This document shows positions 33,729 through 56,714 of a stretch of 64,000 nt of DNA, in pieces. The stretch covers positions 27,713,504 through 27,777,503 of the forward strand of contig OZ037765.1 of NCBI GenBank assembly GCA_964035545.1. The letters run 5' to 3'. This DNA is from Bugula neritina (lineage: Eukaryota > Animalia > Bryozoa). The stretch's first letter is position 1, and every line of letters begins with the position of its first letter. Both the position numbers and the translations under genes were made by a program. The notes beneath the pieces were generated by a model. The model did not search any database and was not told the DNA's origin. It was given only the letters and a program-made list of their open reading frames with translations.

Positions 33729-36700
33729 AGGAGTATGGTGGGACACGCCGTCGTCTGTCCGTACGGACACGACGGAACACTCCACCCGAGTGGCAGGTAC
33801 CACGCAGGACTAGTAGGCCCGCACAACGGCCGAGTACCTTCTCCCTGCCACTCACCAACCGGTTCCACCGGTTACCTCGGGAAGAGGAGCCCACCACTGA
33901 GATGGAGCCAGAAGGCCCAGTGGAGAGCCCCAAACCCCGCCGGCACCAACCTCGCCGCCGGAAACCCCGTAAACCACGGGTGAAACCCCCGCCGTCCTAC
34001 CAATCTAGGACAGCACATGCGGGGGGGGGGGTGAAAGTACAACCACATGGAGAGAGCTATTTCCTACCCGGAAAGGTGGCCGGCAACGCCGTCACTTTCC
34101 TGCTCGACTCCGGTTGTACTACCAACCTTCTCAGTCGTAGAGTCTTTGAGGCACTGCCCCGCCGGGACAGGGATAGAGTACGACCGTATACGGGGGAACA
34201 TGGCACCCTGGCAGACGGGTCATGTATTCCCTTTTATGGTATTATCGAGCTCCCTGGGCGTGTCCGAGACCAGGCTGTACAGGAGACCTTTGTCATAAAT
34301 CAACTGGAGGAAGATGCTATCCTCGGAATGCCCTTCTTGAAGCAACACCAGTGCCGAATAGACTTTAGCAAGTCGGTGGTGCTGATGGGCGGGCGAGAAC
34401 TCGCCTGTGTGGATAAGTTTGGGCGTCCTCTGGTGGGCGGTGTTCAGGTAGTTCGAAACTGCACCGTGCCCGGACGCTCCAGAGCTACTATCCACTGCCG
34501 AGTGAACAGCAACCGGATAGCCAGGCTCGGGGTCGTTGAAGGCGCGCACGAAAGAATCCAACTCGCCAGTAGTTTAAACCGACTAACTGAGCGAAGGGAG
34601 GTCTTAGTGCAGTGTGTCAACCCCTTTACCGAGCCCATTGAGCTCCCAGCTGGGTCAATGCTGGGCCGGTTCCACTCCGTCCAGGAAGAGGACGTGGGCC
34701 CGTCGCTGGGTGACGCGACGGAGGCACCCCCTTGACACCCTATTCAGGGACGAGGGGCAGTCCCAACACATCTCCGGGAGTTATATGAAACAGCCTGTGG
34801 CGGCTGCGCGAGCAACAAGGAACGCCAAGCTATGGCGAAGTTGCTACGCGACTACGGTGATGTGTTCAGTAGCGGAGATCATGACGTGGGGCTGACTGGA
34901 GTTGTCAGACACGAAATACTGCTGACTGCAGGGACAGTCCCTGTCCGGCAGCCCACACGCAGGCTGGGGCCGGAAAAAGAGAAGGAGGTTAGCCGACAAG
35001 TACGGGATCTTCTGGACCGCGGCCTCATAGAGCCCGCCCATAGCGCGTGGAGCTCACCGGTCGTACTGGTCCGGAAGAAAGACGGCAGTTGGCGGTTCTG
35101 TGTGGATTACCGCAAACTCAACAACGTAACCATACAGGACGCCTACCCTCTACCTCGTATTGACGAGTCATTGGACGCCCTGGCCGGCAGCAGGTACTTC
35201 AGTACGTTAGACTTGCTGAGCGGCTATTGGCAAGTCCCTCTGAGTCCCGACGCCCAGGAGAAAGCGGCGTTTATCACACGGGACGGGTTGTGGAAGTGGA
35301 AGGTGCTACCCTTCGGGTTAACCTCCGCCCCGGCCACCTTCCAGAGGCTGATGGAGCAAGTCCTTAGCGGGCTCCATTGGAAGACGCTGCTGGTCTACCT
35401 CGATGATGTCATCGTGATCTCCCCAGACTTCGAGACGCATGTCAGTCGTCTACAGGAGGTCTTTGAGAGACTCCGAGGTGCCGGTCTTAAGCTCAAACCT
35501 TCCAAGTGCGCTCTATTGCAGCCAGAGGTTAAGTACCTGGGGCACGTTGTCGGTCGAAACGGCGTGGCAACGGATCCCGAGAAGGTACGGGCAATAGAAG
35601 ACTGGGTCACCCCCCAAGACTTGACCGGACTCCGGGCTTTCTTGGGGCTGGTAGGGTATTACAGGCAATACATACCAGACTTTGCGGGCATAGCACAGCC
35701 GTTAAATCGGCTCACCGCAAAGGGAGTGACGTGGCAGTGGACACCAGTCGAACAAGGAGCATTCGACCGCCTCAAGGGCTGCCTACTAACGGCGCCCATC
35801 TTGGCCTACCCAGACCCCACTCTGGAGTACATCCTCGACACGGACGCCAGTGACCAAAATGTTGGCGCTGTGCTGTCACAAGTGCAGGAAGGCCGAGAGG
35901 TAGTAGTAGCCTACTACAGCAAGTCTCTTTCACCCGCTGAACGAAATTACTGCACTACCCGCAAGGAGCTGCTGGCAGTAATCAAGTCAGTGAAGCACTT
36001 CAGACCATACCTATATGGCAGGAAGTTCCGGCTGCGTACGGATCATGCCTCGCTGATCTGGTTGTGCAAGAGAGCAGAGCCCCCTAGTCAGGTCGCCCGG
36101 TGGCTCGAAATCCTAGCTGAATTCTCATACCGGATCGAACACCGACCGGGCAAGAGACACAGCAATGCGGATGGATTGAGTCGCCGACCTGACGGAGGTT
36201 GCAAACAGTGTCTCAACATCGAGAGGAGGGATGGAGGTCCCCCGCGATGCGAGTTGGAGACGCTGGCTCACAACGGAGCACCGTTTGACTGGGACCAGGG
36301 TCAACTCAGGCAGGGAGTTGATGAGTCCCCGGAGGGTGTACAAAACCTCCGCGCCAACCCTGTACTGGCCGGTAATGTTCGAGAGCTGAAGAAGCTCCAA
36401 GAAGAGCTGCCTGGAGTCGTGGCAGACATATATCGGGCCAAAAGGGAAGGGCGACGACCCAGCGAGGAACGCATACGACAGGGATGCGCCGAGTTCCGGC
36501 TATACTGTCAGCGTTGGGACTCGCTGCGGATCGGGCAGGATGGGTTACTAACCATCTCTCTAGCCGCCAGCGGCAGACACCCGGAGAGGAAGAGGGTAGT
36601 CTGCCCCACGGCCATCCGCCGTGAGTTGATTTGGGATACTCACAAACAGGCCCACGCAGGAGTCAAGAGAGTGATATCCAAATTACGACTCCGGTGGTAT

Positions 36701-38305
36701 TGGCCACAAATGGAGCGTGACGTCCGACTCAGAGTCAAACAGTGTGAGATCTGCCAGGCCAGTAAGCATAGCCGCCCCCCTGGTGAAGCAGGACGGCGGA
36801 GGCTATATGCTGGTAGACCCTGGCAAGTAGTCGCTGTAGACCTGGTCGGACCCATGCCCCTGACCCCCAGAGGCAATAATTGGATCCTAGTACTAACCGA
36901 CCACTTTACTAGGTGGGCGGATGCTCTGGCTATCCCAGATGCGTCAGCCCCAACAGTGGCCAGGGCACTAGACCAACATGTATTCTGTTATTTTGGGCTT
37001 CCCGAACAGATACACTCTGATCAAGGCGCTCAATTCCAGTCTCAACTGATGAGCGACCTTTGCCACCTCTGGGGAGTAAATCAGAGCCGGACCACCCCCT
37101 ACCACCCTCAAGGTAACGGGGTGGTGGAGCGCAACAACCGGATGCTAGGTGATGCGCTCCGGAGTCTCCTCCTTGGACGAGGCCAAGAGGAATGGGATAC
37201 GGTGTTGCCGCAAGTCATGCGTGCATACCGTAGCACCCCACACACCAGTACTGGTGAGACCCCAAACCTCTTGATGCTCGGGAGAGAGACTCGTGTCCCT
37301 GACCATCTCACCTACCACGTTCCAGAGCAAGACAACTCGGTTCACGAGTATGCCAGTGAACTAGTGGAACGGATGAAGGCCGCACACGATATACTGCGCG
37401 AACAGCAGTGGAAGGTGCGGCACGAAGATTCCGATGAGCCACCTCTCTACCAAACGGGAGATAAGGTGTGGATGGTCAATTACCGTAGGCGTCGCGGACA
37501 GGCTGATAAACTGAAGCCTAAGTTCGTAGGACCCTACGTGATCGTCGAGGCTATGCCCAATCATACGTACAAGATTGAGCGCTCAGGACAGGTGTCTATC
37601 CAGAATGAGTCTCGCTTGAAACCGTATTGGGCTAGCCCCGACGGAGTGGGAGAAGCCCCCCCGTTGTTGGAGCCCAGGAGGCAGACAACAACGCGCGGGC
37701 GACGGCGGCATGGACCTGAATACGAAGTGGTCATACCGCGGGAAGAAAACTTGGTGAGAGAGGAACGGCAGCTTTTGTCAACAGAAGCGTGTCCGCCACC
37801 GCCAAGTCTAATTCCATCACTTCCAGGAACCGAGCCGGTTCCAGAAGTGCAAACCCCCACGGAGGGAGGGGCTCCATCCGGAGAACAAGAAGAGGTGACC
37901 GCTAACGGTGAAGTAGAGACACCATTAGAGGCCCCTACTAACGAACCGGCGAGCGTGTCACCCCCCCTAGAAAGGGGACAGCGTACGAGGAAACCCCCAC
38001 CATATTTAAAAGACTTCGTATGTGACTGCATTAGAAGCGGCACGCATGAAAGTCTAGGGGAAAACCGTACGGTAAAATGTTGGAGTTGTGAACCCCACGC
38101 AAATATCAACTTTTGCGAGGGCGGAATAGTGGGAGGAATTAATGCGCGTAAAGCAAATAGTTCCGACCTCGTGCCTCAGAAACGATGCTCAGCCTTTTCT
38201 TATGCTGACATCGCCAAAGGCAGACGTATCTCACAACCAGCTCCAATCTTACCAAGAGCGTTGAGTATGGACATTAATACCGAGTTCCCAGGTAAGCCAG
38301 TATAA
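33677..38305 (+). pseudogene. pol: Pol (copy 2) with a premature stop between protease and RT
   Basis: TGA at 34733-34735 where copy 1 has CGA; otherwise open and colinear (ORF-track 33902-34735 and 34832-38305). Confidence 0.9.
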
Positions 38306-38322
38306 GTCTTGTATTCCTATTC

Positions 38323-39396
38323 ATGGAAACGAGCTCGATGCCAGTAAATTCTGAACTAATTCAGCAGATTGAATCAGAATTACTGGGAACCACGTTTCAT
38401 GTGAATGACGACGAGGACACTGTAATGGCCGACGGTCTATTAGACCTGGAGCTAGACACTGTTCTTGGTCAGTCCACACATGATTCATCGGTTCCTCGAG
38501 TGCATTCCAAAAGCTGTGACTCTCAGGCTAGTAACAGTCGACAGTCACTAGAATTATGTTGTAAAGATCCACCGCGATCTAACAATAATTCTACTTTTGT
38601 AGACACACTCGCGCCCGTCTCTCCGGGCATGCCTTCTCTAGAGATGGCGTGGGACCCAGAGCCGGCCCCAACAACTTCTACAACCAGGCAACTGCCACCC
38701 CAGTTGGAAGCAACCTCCAACTGGATTACCCCTGCCACAGAGAGAGAGATTAAGACTCATCAAGGAGGTGATGGTAACCGCGAATGCAACCTCTACCAGC
38801 AGCGATTTACAACCCACCGCAGGCTGAAAGTACACTTGCCGCAGCATTACATCACCACGTTCTGCCCTTGCGGAGAATATAGTTACAATCGTGATTACCT
38901 ACTGCGTCACCAACGCACTATGCAGTGTTATCAAGGACACGTCTATGAAGTAGACGAATCATCATATCCCGCATTTCTCAACGCCATCAAACCCCTCATC
39001 ACTGACCCAGCTCGGCTATCTCGCCTGGAGCAAGGCTTTCCCTCCCCGCGACCAATCATCTCTGGATCCGCAGAGAAACCTATACAGTCAACTAACTCTC
39101 CACCTCACAGTCCTCTACGCCACCCGCATACCTTCCCCCGTGTCGTACTACAGAGGGTAGACACGAAGGCGTATACACTTCCTCCTCCCCTTCCATCCGC
39201 AGAACGGAAAAGACACAGACAACAGACTTCCTCTCGTTCGTCCCCCTTGGCCCGCAACCTACGTGAAGTAAAAGCTAGGGCACACAACCTAGAGCAAGAA
39301 GTGTACAGACTGGCCCCGCGGGTGCAGGCTGCATCCAGTGAACTCAAATATCTACAGGAGTCTATTAAACGCATGAAGCGTGCGGCCCGCAGTTAA
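38323..39396 (+). CDS. Retrotransposon ORF3 (copy 2); first finger has C>Y
   Basis: 357 aa, colinear with 26364-27437; CNLY in place of CNLC. Confidence 0.88.
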   Translation: METSSMPVNSELIQQIESELLGTTFHVNDDEDTVMADGLLDLELDTVLGQSTHDSSVPRVHSKSCDSQASNSRQSLELCCKDPPRSNNNSTFVDTLAPVSPGMPSLEMAWDPEPAPTTSTTRQLPPQLEATSNWITPATEREIKTHQGGDGNRECNLYQQRFTTHRRLKVHLPQHYITTFCPCGEYSYNRDYLLRHQRTMQCYQGHVYEVDESSYPAFLNAIKPLITDPARLSRLEQGFPSPRPIISGSAEKPIQSTNSPPHSPLRHPHTFPRVVLQRVDTKAYTLPPPLPSAERKRHRQQTSSRSSPLARNLREVKARAHNLEQEVYRLAPRVQAASSELKYLQESIKRMKRAARS

Positions 39397-39966
39397 CATG
39401 AGTCTATCTCCAACTCCATACTACTCTTCCCCTACCTCTCTGTGGCATTCCCTACCGTTATGGTGGCACGTACTCTACATGTAAATAGGACCTTCTCTTA
39501 CATATTACACATTGTGCACGTTTTATATATATACCTGTATATTTTATCGGTTGTTTTTTTTTGTATATACTTTTATACTGTTCTCTCTCTCCACAACGAA
39601 GTATACGTTTTTTTTATGTGAATTATATTTTTATCAGAAAGAGGGCTTTCTGCTGGAGGGGGCAGTGTGGTGGCTCGTGGAGCTACCAGCAACACAATAC
39701 GCAAGGTTGCGTATTGACCCGGAACAATGTATTAGCCAATTAGCTAGGCTGTTTATGAGTAAGAGTAGCAGCTTCGCGCTACTAGCTCAGTTGAGGATAG
39801 TGCTGTAAATTAAATAGACGTGCGTATTATTACTGTTGTATATTAGATTTTATTATGTATTCTTGTATTCAAATATAACGATATCTACTCGACTTAACTC
39901 GGTGAAGTTTCTCTAGTGATAAATAGACTCTCTTGGTGGCACATCGACCCTAAATCTGGAAATCAT

Positions 39967-40061
<95 letters not shown>

Positions 40062-42549
40062 ATACATGCCGAATATTTACTACAAATTTCAAAAATAGCA
40101 TAAATTAAATAGTATTACCGTGCCTATTTGCATCCAATTTACTAGTCTTACATTTATAGCAACTGTAACGTATTTTGTGTAAAATGGTTATTGCAAGCAT
40201 TATTCAATTCATATTCACATTGTAATCACAGCGAAGCTTAAACTTTATAGCTTTGTATTTACGTGCACGATTAAGTTTTAATTTTTTTTTAAATTTTATA
40301 TGTATTGAAAATATGTTTAAAAACTTTACCAATAAACAAAACTAAAAAAAATAGACACATAATATAAAAAAAATAATAAAATCACAAAAGTGGCAAAATT
40401 TTTTCTTTATAACTTATATAAACTTGCGGTACCATTAGCGACATAATGATTTTTCATGGTTTAAAGTCAACACTCTTAAATATACCACACTGCATTAACT
40501 TAAGGAAGCAATGTGGGCCACAGCTTTCTTGGCCACTGTCAGCAATCAACAAATAGAAACATACAGCATCACCCAACATTTTGTACAACCAAAGGATATT
40601 TTTTCAATATCAAGATATTTTTTCTTACCAAATTTGCATTTAAGGATTTATTGAAGTTATATGGTTATTACTCTTGTATTGTGTGCTGATGCATTTGCAT
40701 TTTACTGCAAAAAGTAAAATTAAGAATTCTCACAGTTGATTTTTAATTAAAAAAAGGTATTATCTTTCACTTGCAATCTGTAAGTTTAAAAACTAAATCA
40801 AGAATTACATTAATAGTTTATTGAAAAATTATCTGGCAATAAATAATAAACCAAATGCCAAACTTGTATAATAATATTAGTGTAAAGCTGTTTAATCTTT
40901 TTAGTGTAGAAAATTAATGCAGCATATTTAAATATTAAATTTTTTTGCTAGTTATAACTTGTCTTAATTTTGGTTCCTATGGGGTTTCTGAACCATTAAG
41001 TTTGTTTGACATAGTTTTTTAACCAAATGACATAATATAATATGTGAAAGCTGGAATGAGAACTTACTATCATTAACTTAATTAGTGCATAATAATATTA
41101 AATATATTGTATGGAATGTTGTGAAATTTTGCTCTATGTTTCAAAATGTAATTTCCACCGAGTGTTGTGAAGAACTTTTTGGAACATTTCTTGTTACACT
41201 TGATCAATGAATTTTTGGTTAAAAAATATAATTTGAAACAGGCATCTAATGTTAAATGTCAAGTAATAAATTGGAGCATACAAATTTCGGAAAGAAATGC
41301 GGTAAATATTATCTGAAGTTTAGGTATTTTAATCGCTTAGTCTACACATGAAATTGTGTCAACCTAACTATTCAACAAGAAGATAAGTAATAGAGAGCAA
41401 GTAATCATTGTTATAATGTATTGGGGGAACATAATCTGTAGCTATAACAAACATAGTCAAAGTTTTAATACAAAATAACAATGAGTTACAGCAGATATGC
41501 CTAAATCAGCAAAAAGAGAAATAGTAATTTTCTATAACAAAATTTTGTTAAAAAGGTTCAATCGGAGTTTAGCAAAACATCCATTAAAAATCAATTTCAC
41601 CCTATGTTATTAAAATAGAACAATTTAAAATACATAAAAATATATCATAGCTTACATAACGATGTACTCAACATATGTCAATATTGAAAAAGATGGATGA
41701 TATCAAACTAACCTTGCAGAGAAATAAAATTAATATATTTCATTAGATTTAAAACCAGCATATAGAATTAATTGCCGAGTATTATTTTAAAATTTTCTTA
41801 ATGTTTTAAAAGGTAGAGAAGTGACTGGTTTGACTGGAAGTTTAGATATCTCAGAACAAATAAGAAATTGTAATATTCAGATGTATACAAATATAAGCTT
41901 TGTATATGTTGTCAGTATTCTTAATGCAACAAATAAAACTGAACAGATTTCTCAATATCCAGATCTCAAATACCTTGTTGAATAATACAAAACATAATTA
42001 TAAAACCAACATGCGCAGAAATAAACAAACATATATTAGATTCAATTATTTGCAAGGGTTTACATCGGTTTTATCCAGGACACCGAGAAAACACTATTTC
42101 AAGTACTACATACTGCTTGTAGTTTTGCAAGCGTAACGTAAACACATAAAATTTATGTTGATCTACAACTATACATATGTATAAATAACTGTTCGGATTA
42201 TGCAGAAACATACGAAGTATAAAAATAAGAAGAAAGCAGTCACAGAAAATAGTGATTGAGAGTGTCAGCATTCGGACTCCAAGTAGTGATTGGCAATGAA
42301 GAGTCATTTGGATAAAACGTACAACGCCTTATAAAACCACTTGGGCTGCACCCATATTTTGTTAAGTTAATGAAATAATAGTTTAGAAAACAACTAAATA
42401 AACATATCTTCTAATATAGAATGAGTATGAAAGAATCAAATATGTCTCACCAGAAAACCTAGGAGTCAAATTTTCAGTATAATTAGGTACATAGAATACA
42501 GCATACAGCTGGAACTACTGTACACCATCTCCCCTAAACCCTGGTATGA

Positions 42550-51949
<9,400 letters not shown>

Positions 51950-53967
51950 GGCTGAATCTGTAAATTCAAGCAAATCAATGTGATGTTGGCAAAATATATT
52001 ATATCCAAGTTAGAAGTCAGTTTAAAACTAAAACTTTTAGTAGTATCAAATATGTAACTATGTGTCCATTGATATTTCTGGTTGTTGAATTATATAAACA
52101 AACTTACTTTCCCTTTTTTTGCGGAGTTGAACTAAAAATAAAAATGCTGAATAGATGTAAGATATAACTTCCCTTAACTTGAGTGAATTTATTAATGTCA
52201 CTGTGCATATTGCTATGTTTATATATGTACAAATTCTGAAGATAATAGAATGAATAAGCCACGGTTTCAAATCTAATAGTGCCTGTTGTTGGTCACCCTC
52301 ACTGCCCCCATTTTTTTGACCTGATACAATGATTATAAGCGTAAGGCTAAATAACATGATAAGCATGTACAGGGAAATTATTGGTTTTACTCTCCCCTGT
52401 TATCTTTAACAAATATGATTGAACCCTGGTGGATTTTCCAATTGCTGCCAAGGTTAATATGACATGCGGCATCAAGTAGTACATGAAATAAGCAATTAAA
52501 ACATTGTGGGTCACACAGTATGAACAAATTCCAGCAGTTATAAATATTTTTTGTCACATTAATAACAATTTAAAATGATCAAAATTTGGTATCCTGTAAA
52601 TCTACTTGACTACTGGAAGTAGCACAAATTGCTTGCAACTCTGGCATATTAAAAATAACATGAATTATATCTACTGAATTGAAACTAAAAAAGATATGGG
52701 TAATTAAAAAACACCATAAGCTGAAAATTCTAAAGTTTTGTAAACATTCCAGTTCAAATCTTTGCCCAACATCAATCAGTAGGAAAAGAAAAGAGAAATT
52801 ATCAAAAAATTTTTAAAACAACCATATAGTTTGAAAACTCTTTTGGAAATGCCTATAGAAATACTGCTGAACATTGAGTCAGAGTGCATAGCGCCATGAT
52901 TATGTCAGGATGACACTCTCACTCCGGGTCTGAAGACTAAATATAGTATGCTAATTGAATCTTGGTAGATTTTACAAAAAATGTATCACATACTTTTAAC
53001 TATTACTTTGGCACCCTCAATCCGCTTCTGGTAACTAAACATAAAATAGAAATTGCCAATTGGAATATAATAATATATTTATAATAATTAATGATATTAA
53101 TAAATAAAGATGATAATTTAATTATAATATAAAATTATTTAATAAATTTAATGCAAATTTCATAAATGCAGTAACAGTTACTGTTAGTGTTACTGCAACA
53201 GTTTAATAATTATAGTAATTATGTCATCATTATAAGTATAACTAATATTATACTTGATAGTATCTAATACCAGTAATAGTAATGTTTTAGACTGAACCAT
53301 AATCTTTACATATTAATATTCACTAATCTATATCATTATCATACTCACTGTCACACACATGAGGCGCTTTACTAACGTCATATGATGGTCAAGAGCGTTT
53401 TATCTCATCAGAGGTAATATTCAATTTCATATTGATAAAATATTCATATTGATATTTTAACAATTATAATTATTATGATATATAAATTATAAATATAATC
53501 TAAATCACCGTAACCACGATGTACAACAGACACTCACACTGAGAGTGAGTGTGACACTGTGACTCATAGCCACTGCAAAAACCGAATGTGATTGTGAACA
53601 AAGAATGAGAATTAAAATGAGACTGAGAATTTTAGAGCTAAAAACTAAAAAGAAAACTCAAACTAAATGAAACTTACAAATTCAAATTCAAATTGAAATA
53701 CAAATAAAACTAAAACTGTAAAAGTACAACTAAATGATTGATTTCTAAAGTTAATACTATTAATTATAACTTAGTTTACAAATACGAACAGGGTAATAAA
53801 GATTAGACTTTCATGCACGCCGATCTAATTAAAATTATAGCCATACAGTCTGATAGTCATACAGATTAGTTAAATAATTATAATATTATTAGTTATAACT
53901 ATAAGTATAAGCGCGTATGGTGATCGTGTTAGGCTAAGAGAGTCGCTGGAAGCAGCACCCAGTTGGG

Positions 53968-54071
53968 AGTCACTGAGTGCAGTAGTTAGAGGTCTCAAAT
54001 TTAAAATCGGGAATTTGAAACTAAAATCTGAACCCCCGATTGAAGACCTCAAACTACTGCACTTAGCGACT
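53968..54071. repeat. ~104-nt imperfect hairpin upstream of NRAMP
   Basis: AGTCACTGAGTGCAGTAGTTAGAGGTCT pairs with AGACCTCAAACTACTGCACTTAGCGACT; inner AATCGGG/CCCGATT. Confidence 0.75.
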
Positions 54072-54929
54072 ACTGACTTAGTGTTGTCTTTAACAACTTT
54101 TAAAGATTAAAGCAGATCAAGTTAAATTTGTTAAGCCTAAGGTCCTACTTATGGCTCAGAGACTTAAGATCACATGGTTAACTTCATGTGATATATAAAA
54201 CTTGATATAAGTTATTACATGTATGTATATAATGTTTACATACATATGGCAACCGTTAAAAGTAAATATAATCGACAGAGGCCAACTACATGACCAGTGC
54301 TAGTTAAGTTATATAATTAAGAAATGGCTAGTGGCAAAGGATTGAACTTGAATCACTGAAAATAAAATTACATAGTCATATGTACTATGTAGTTTTTCAT
54401 TCTGAACTTTGATCGAGTGTTTTGGTTTGGGAGTTATAGGTACAGAGTGATCCTTTTAAAGGGGATAAATCCTGCGGTTATAAATTATAACCAGAAGGTA
54501 TTCTTGTGGCCATAGGTTTATAGCCTTGTAAGACCACCTGCTCATTGAAACATGACTTCTGTAAGGAAGTTGTAGTTCAATGCTTTAGCTGTTTAGCTAT
54601 ACCACTTTTTGAATAACACTTTTTGCCAAGTAGAATTTTAAATTTAAAATTCTCAAGTAAGATGACAACCACCAAATTTGATATTTAAGAAGTAAGCAAC
54701 TCCAAATTGTAAATGTGTATCCCTCAAATAATATTATTAATCATTCATGACAATGATTTAATTCAATGATAATTTATGCTTTCTAGACAAGCATTAACTA
54801 TATTATCACAGGTGTAATCTCGCACTTGTTTAAAATCTTTTTCTCTGTAAAACTCCCTGATTGTATGAGTTTTTAAATGGGAATTAAGGATTGTGCCTCC
54901 ATTGTAAGTGAGAATTAAGGACTGTACCT

Positions 54930-55145
54930 GGGGACAGCTGCGGTCTAGGGGTTAGAGCACTGGCTTAGTAAACCTGAAGCCATGGGTTCAATCCCCAGTG
55001 AAAGCCATTAGTGATTTTAAGAAGAGCATTCAATCCTAATTACTCCTGTGCCACATATGAATAAGTCCTTAGCCTTTTAAAAAAATCCTATTATGTCAGG
55101 AATTTCTTACAGGGATAGTGACTATAAACTTGCATGAGTTTTTAA
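54930..55145 (+). mobile_element. tRNA-derived SINE copy with the best-preserved head
   Basis: A-box-like GGTCTAGGGG, anticodon-like loop CTTAGTAA and B box GGTTCAATCCC (54985-54995), followed by a non-tRNA body. Confidence 0.8.
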
Positions 55146-56714
55146 GCACTGTGCCTTTTACATTGCTGCAGAATTGTTTGGGACACAGGACCTATTATGG
55201 CCAGATAAAATTTGTGAACTCTTCCCTACCAAAATTTGAATCATCAACCTATAGCATACTATAGACCAAGGTTCTAATTATTACTTTGGTATAGGGCGCT
55301 GTGGCATAACTGGAACATTTTATCAACAACTAAACTGTTATGGCAAATAATTTCAGTGAGGTTCATTTGTGGCCAAGGAAACTGCTTTTAAAGCTAGTAA
55401 AAATTTTTACTTACATTCTCTTAAAAATCTCATGCAATGCATGCTTCCCAATTGAGATTTCATCACAGTGGCAATGATAACCTAACCAATGTGTATTCAT
55501 TACTGTATTTTGCTATACCTGTGTACACATGAATGTCCTCTCAAAACACTATTTTGTTTGCAGCTAAACAATTGTTGTAAAAGATATAGACATATAAATG
55601 GCAAGTCAGTTTAACAAAAATCATAGAATTTTATTATCTAATTGGAAACTGTTCATCTACCTGTGATCAAGTCAGTTTGGTCTTCATACTTTCTGTTGGA
55701 CAAAAGATGCATGCATTTTTCAAATTCATAAATATTTTCTTAATTCCAGCTTTGAGCAGAATCCTTTGAAATACATGTATGATTGCTCCAAAACTTCACA
55801 ATAACAGCATGGCATCAGTCTTCCCCATGTGACCAGGCCAAGCCTGCAGGTGTGCAGTACACACGAACAGGTTTATTCCTTTTTCTTTTTTATATTATTT
55901 ATAAGCTTTAAACTCTATACCCCTAATGTTTTGTGCGGTTGTTTTTAGTTATTTGTATGAGCCTCCAGAAAACCCACAACTTTCTTTTCCAATGTTCACT
56001 GCATCAATATTTAAGTTCAAAACTTGTAACATTGTTGTGTTCCATCAAAAATACAACATAGAAACTGCCAGTTTATACCATGGACACTGCAAATTGAAAT
56101 TCTTGCTCTGTGTGCACAATAAATACTACACCTATTACATTAATGACAGCTTCAAGAATGTCAGGGGTTCCTAAATTATACACACTTATAAAATAATTAT
56201 GTAGTTTGATTTAAATCATTTAGTGACAATTTTTTATACATCAAAATTGCTTATTCAGTGAAAACCCCATCTATAACAAATTGCTGCTATTGCAGTACAC
56301 AATTACCAGATATTTACCAAGAACAAGGATAGTTTTATTAATTAATAATATAAATCTAAGTTTATTACAAAAAATATATAGAGTAGCTAATTTATAAAAA
56401 TGTAAGTATCAACAATAGGAGAAGATCTTATAAAATATACTATACATTGAGCAGCTACTCACACAGATTAAAAGCACAAGTATAAATAATAGATATGCAA
56501 ATTTTCTTTGGAGAAACTGTAGGATAAGCAAAGAATGTAAAATTCAGATCATAACTGACTAATGAATAATATAGACGAATAAAACATAGTACAGTGTATA
56601 AATAGAAAATAACCTGTAAATGCATTTGTCATGGATTGTTACAAATAAATTGTAAGTCATCAGATTCTGATAAAAAAGTAAAAAATTACAATAGTATAAT
56701 ACATATCAAGAAAT

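Larger units (their letters stand above)
28992..39970 (+). mobile_element. Gypsy/Ty3 LTR retrotransposon copy 2, a diverged subfamily; 5' LTR interrupted and pol carries a nonsense codon
   Basis: 5' LTR 28992-29066 plus 32599-32828; 3' LTR 39666-39970. TSD ATAT, with the same PBS and PPT as copy 1. Confidence 0.97.
19722..40492. mobile_element. Non-autonomous long-TIR (foldback-like) DNA element, hAT- or P-type, expanded to 20.8 kb by nested insertions
   Basis: Ends CAGTGTGGTATATTTAAGAGTGTTG ... CAACACTCTTAAATATACCACACTG. 8-bp TSD CATTAACT at 19714-19721 and 40493-40500. Imperfect arms of ~430 bp and a TA-rich core. Sister copy at 48060-50209. Confidence 0.93.

Noticed and set aside
20571-39970. 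The two Gypsy copies as an assembly artefact or tandem duplication
   Set aside because: They differ throughout, each has its own matching LTR pair and TSD, and the intervening TA core matches the sister TIR element.
40501-42549. Iron-responsive element in the NRAMP 3' region
   Set aside because: The only minus-strand CAGTG noticed (near 40533) lacks the 5-bp stem and bulged C. A covariance-model search would be needed to exclude an IRE fully.
54930-55002. Functional tRNA-Thr gene
   Set aside because: Poor acceptor and anticodon stem pairing, and it continues into a body shared with two other degenerate copies, so it is a SINE head.
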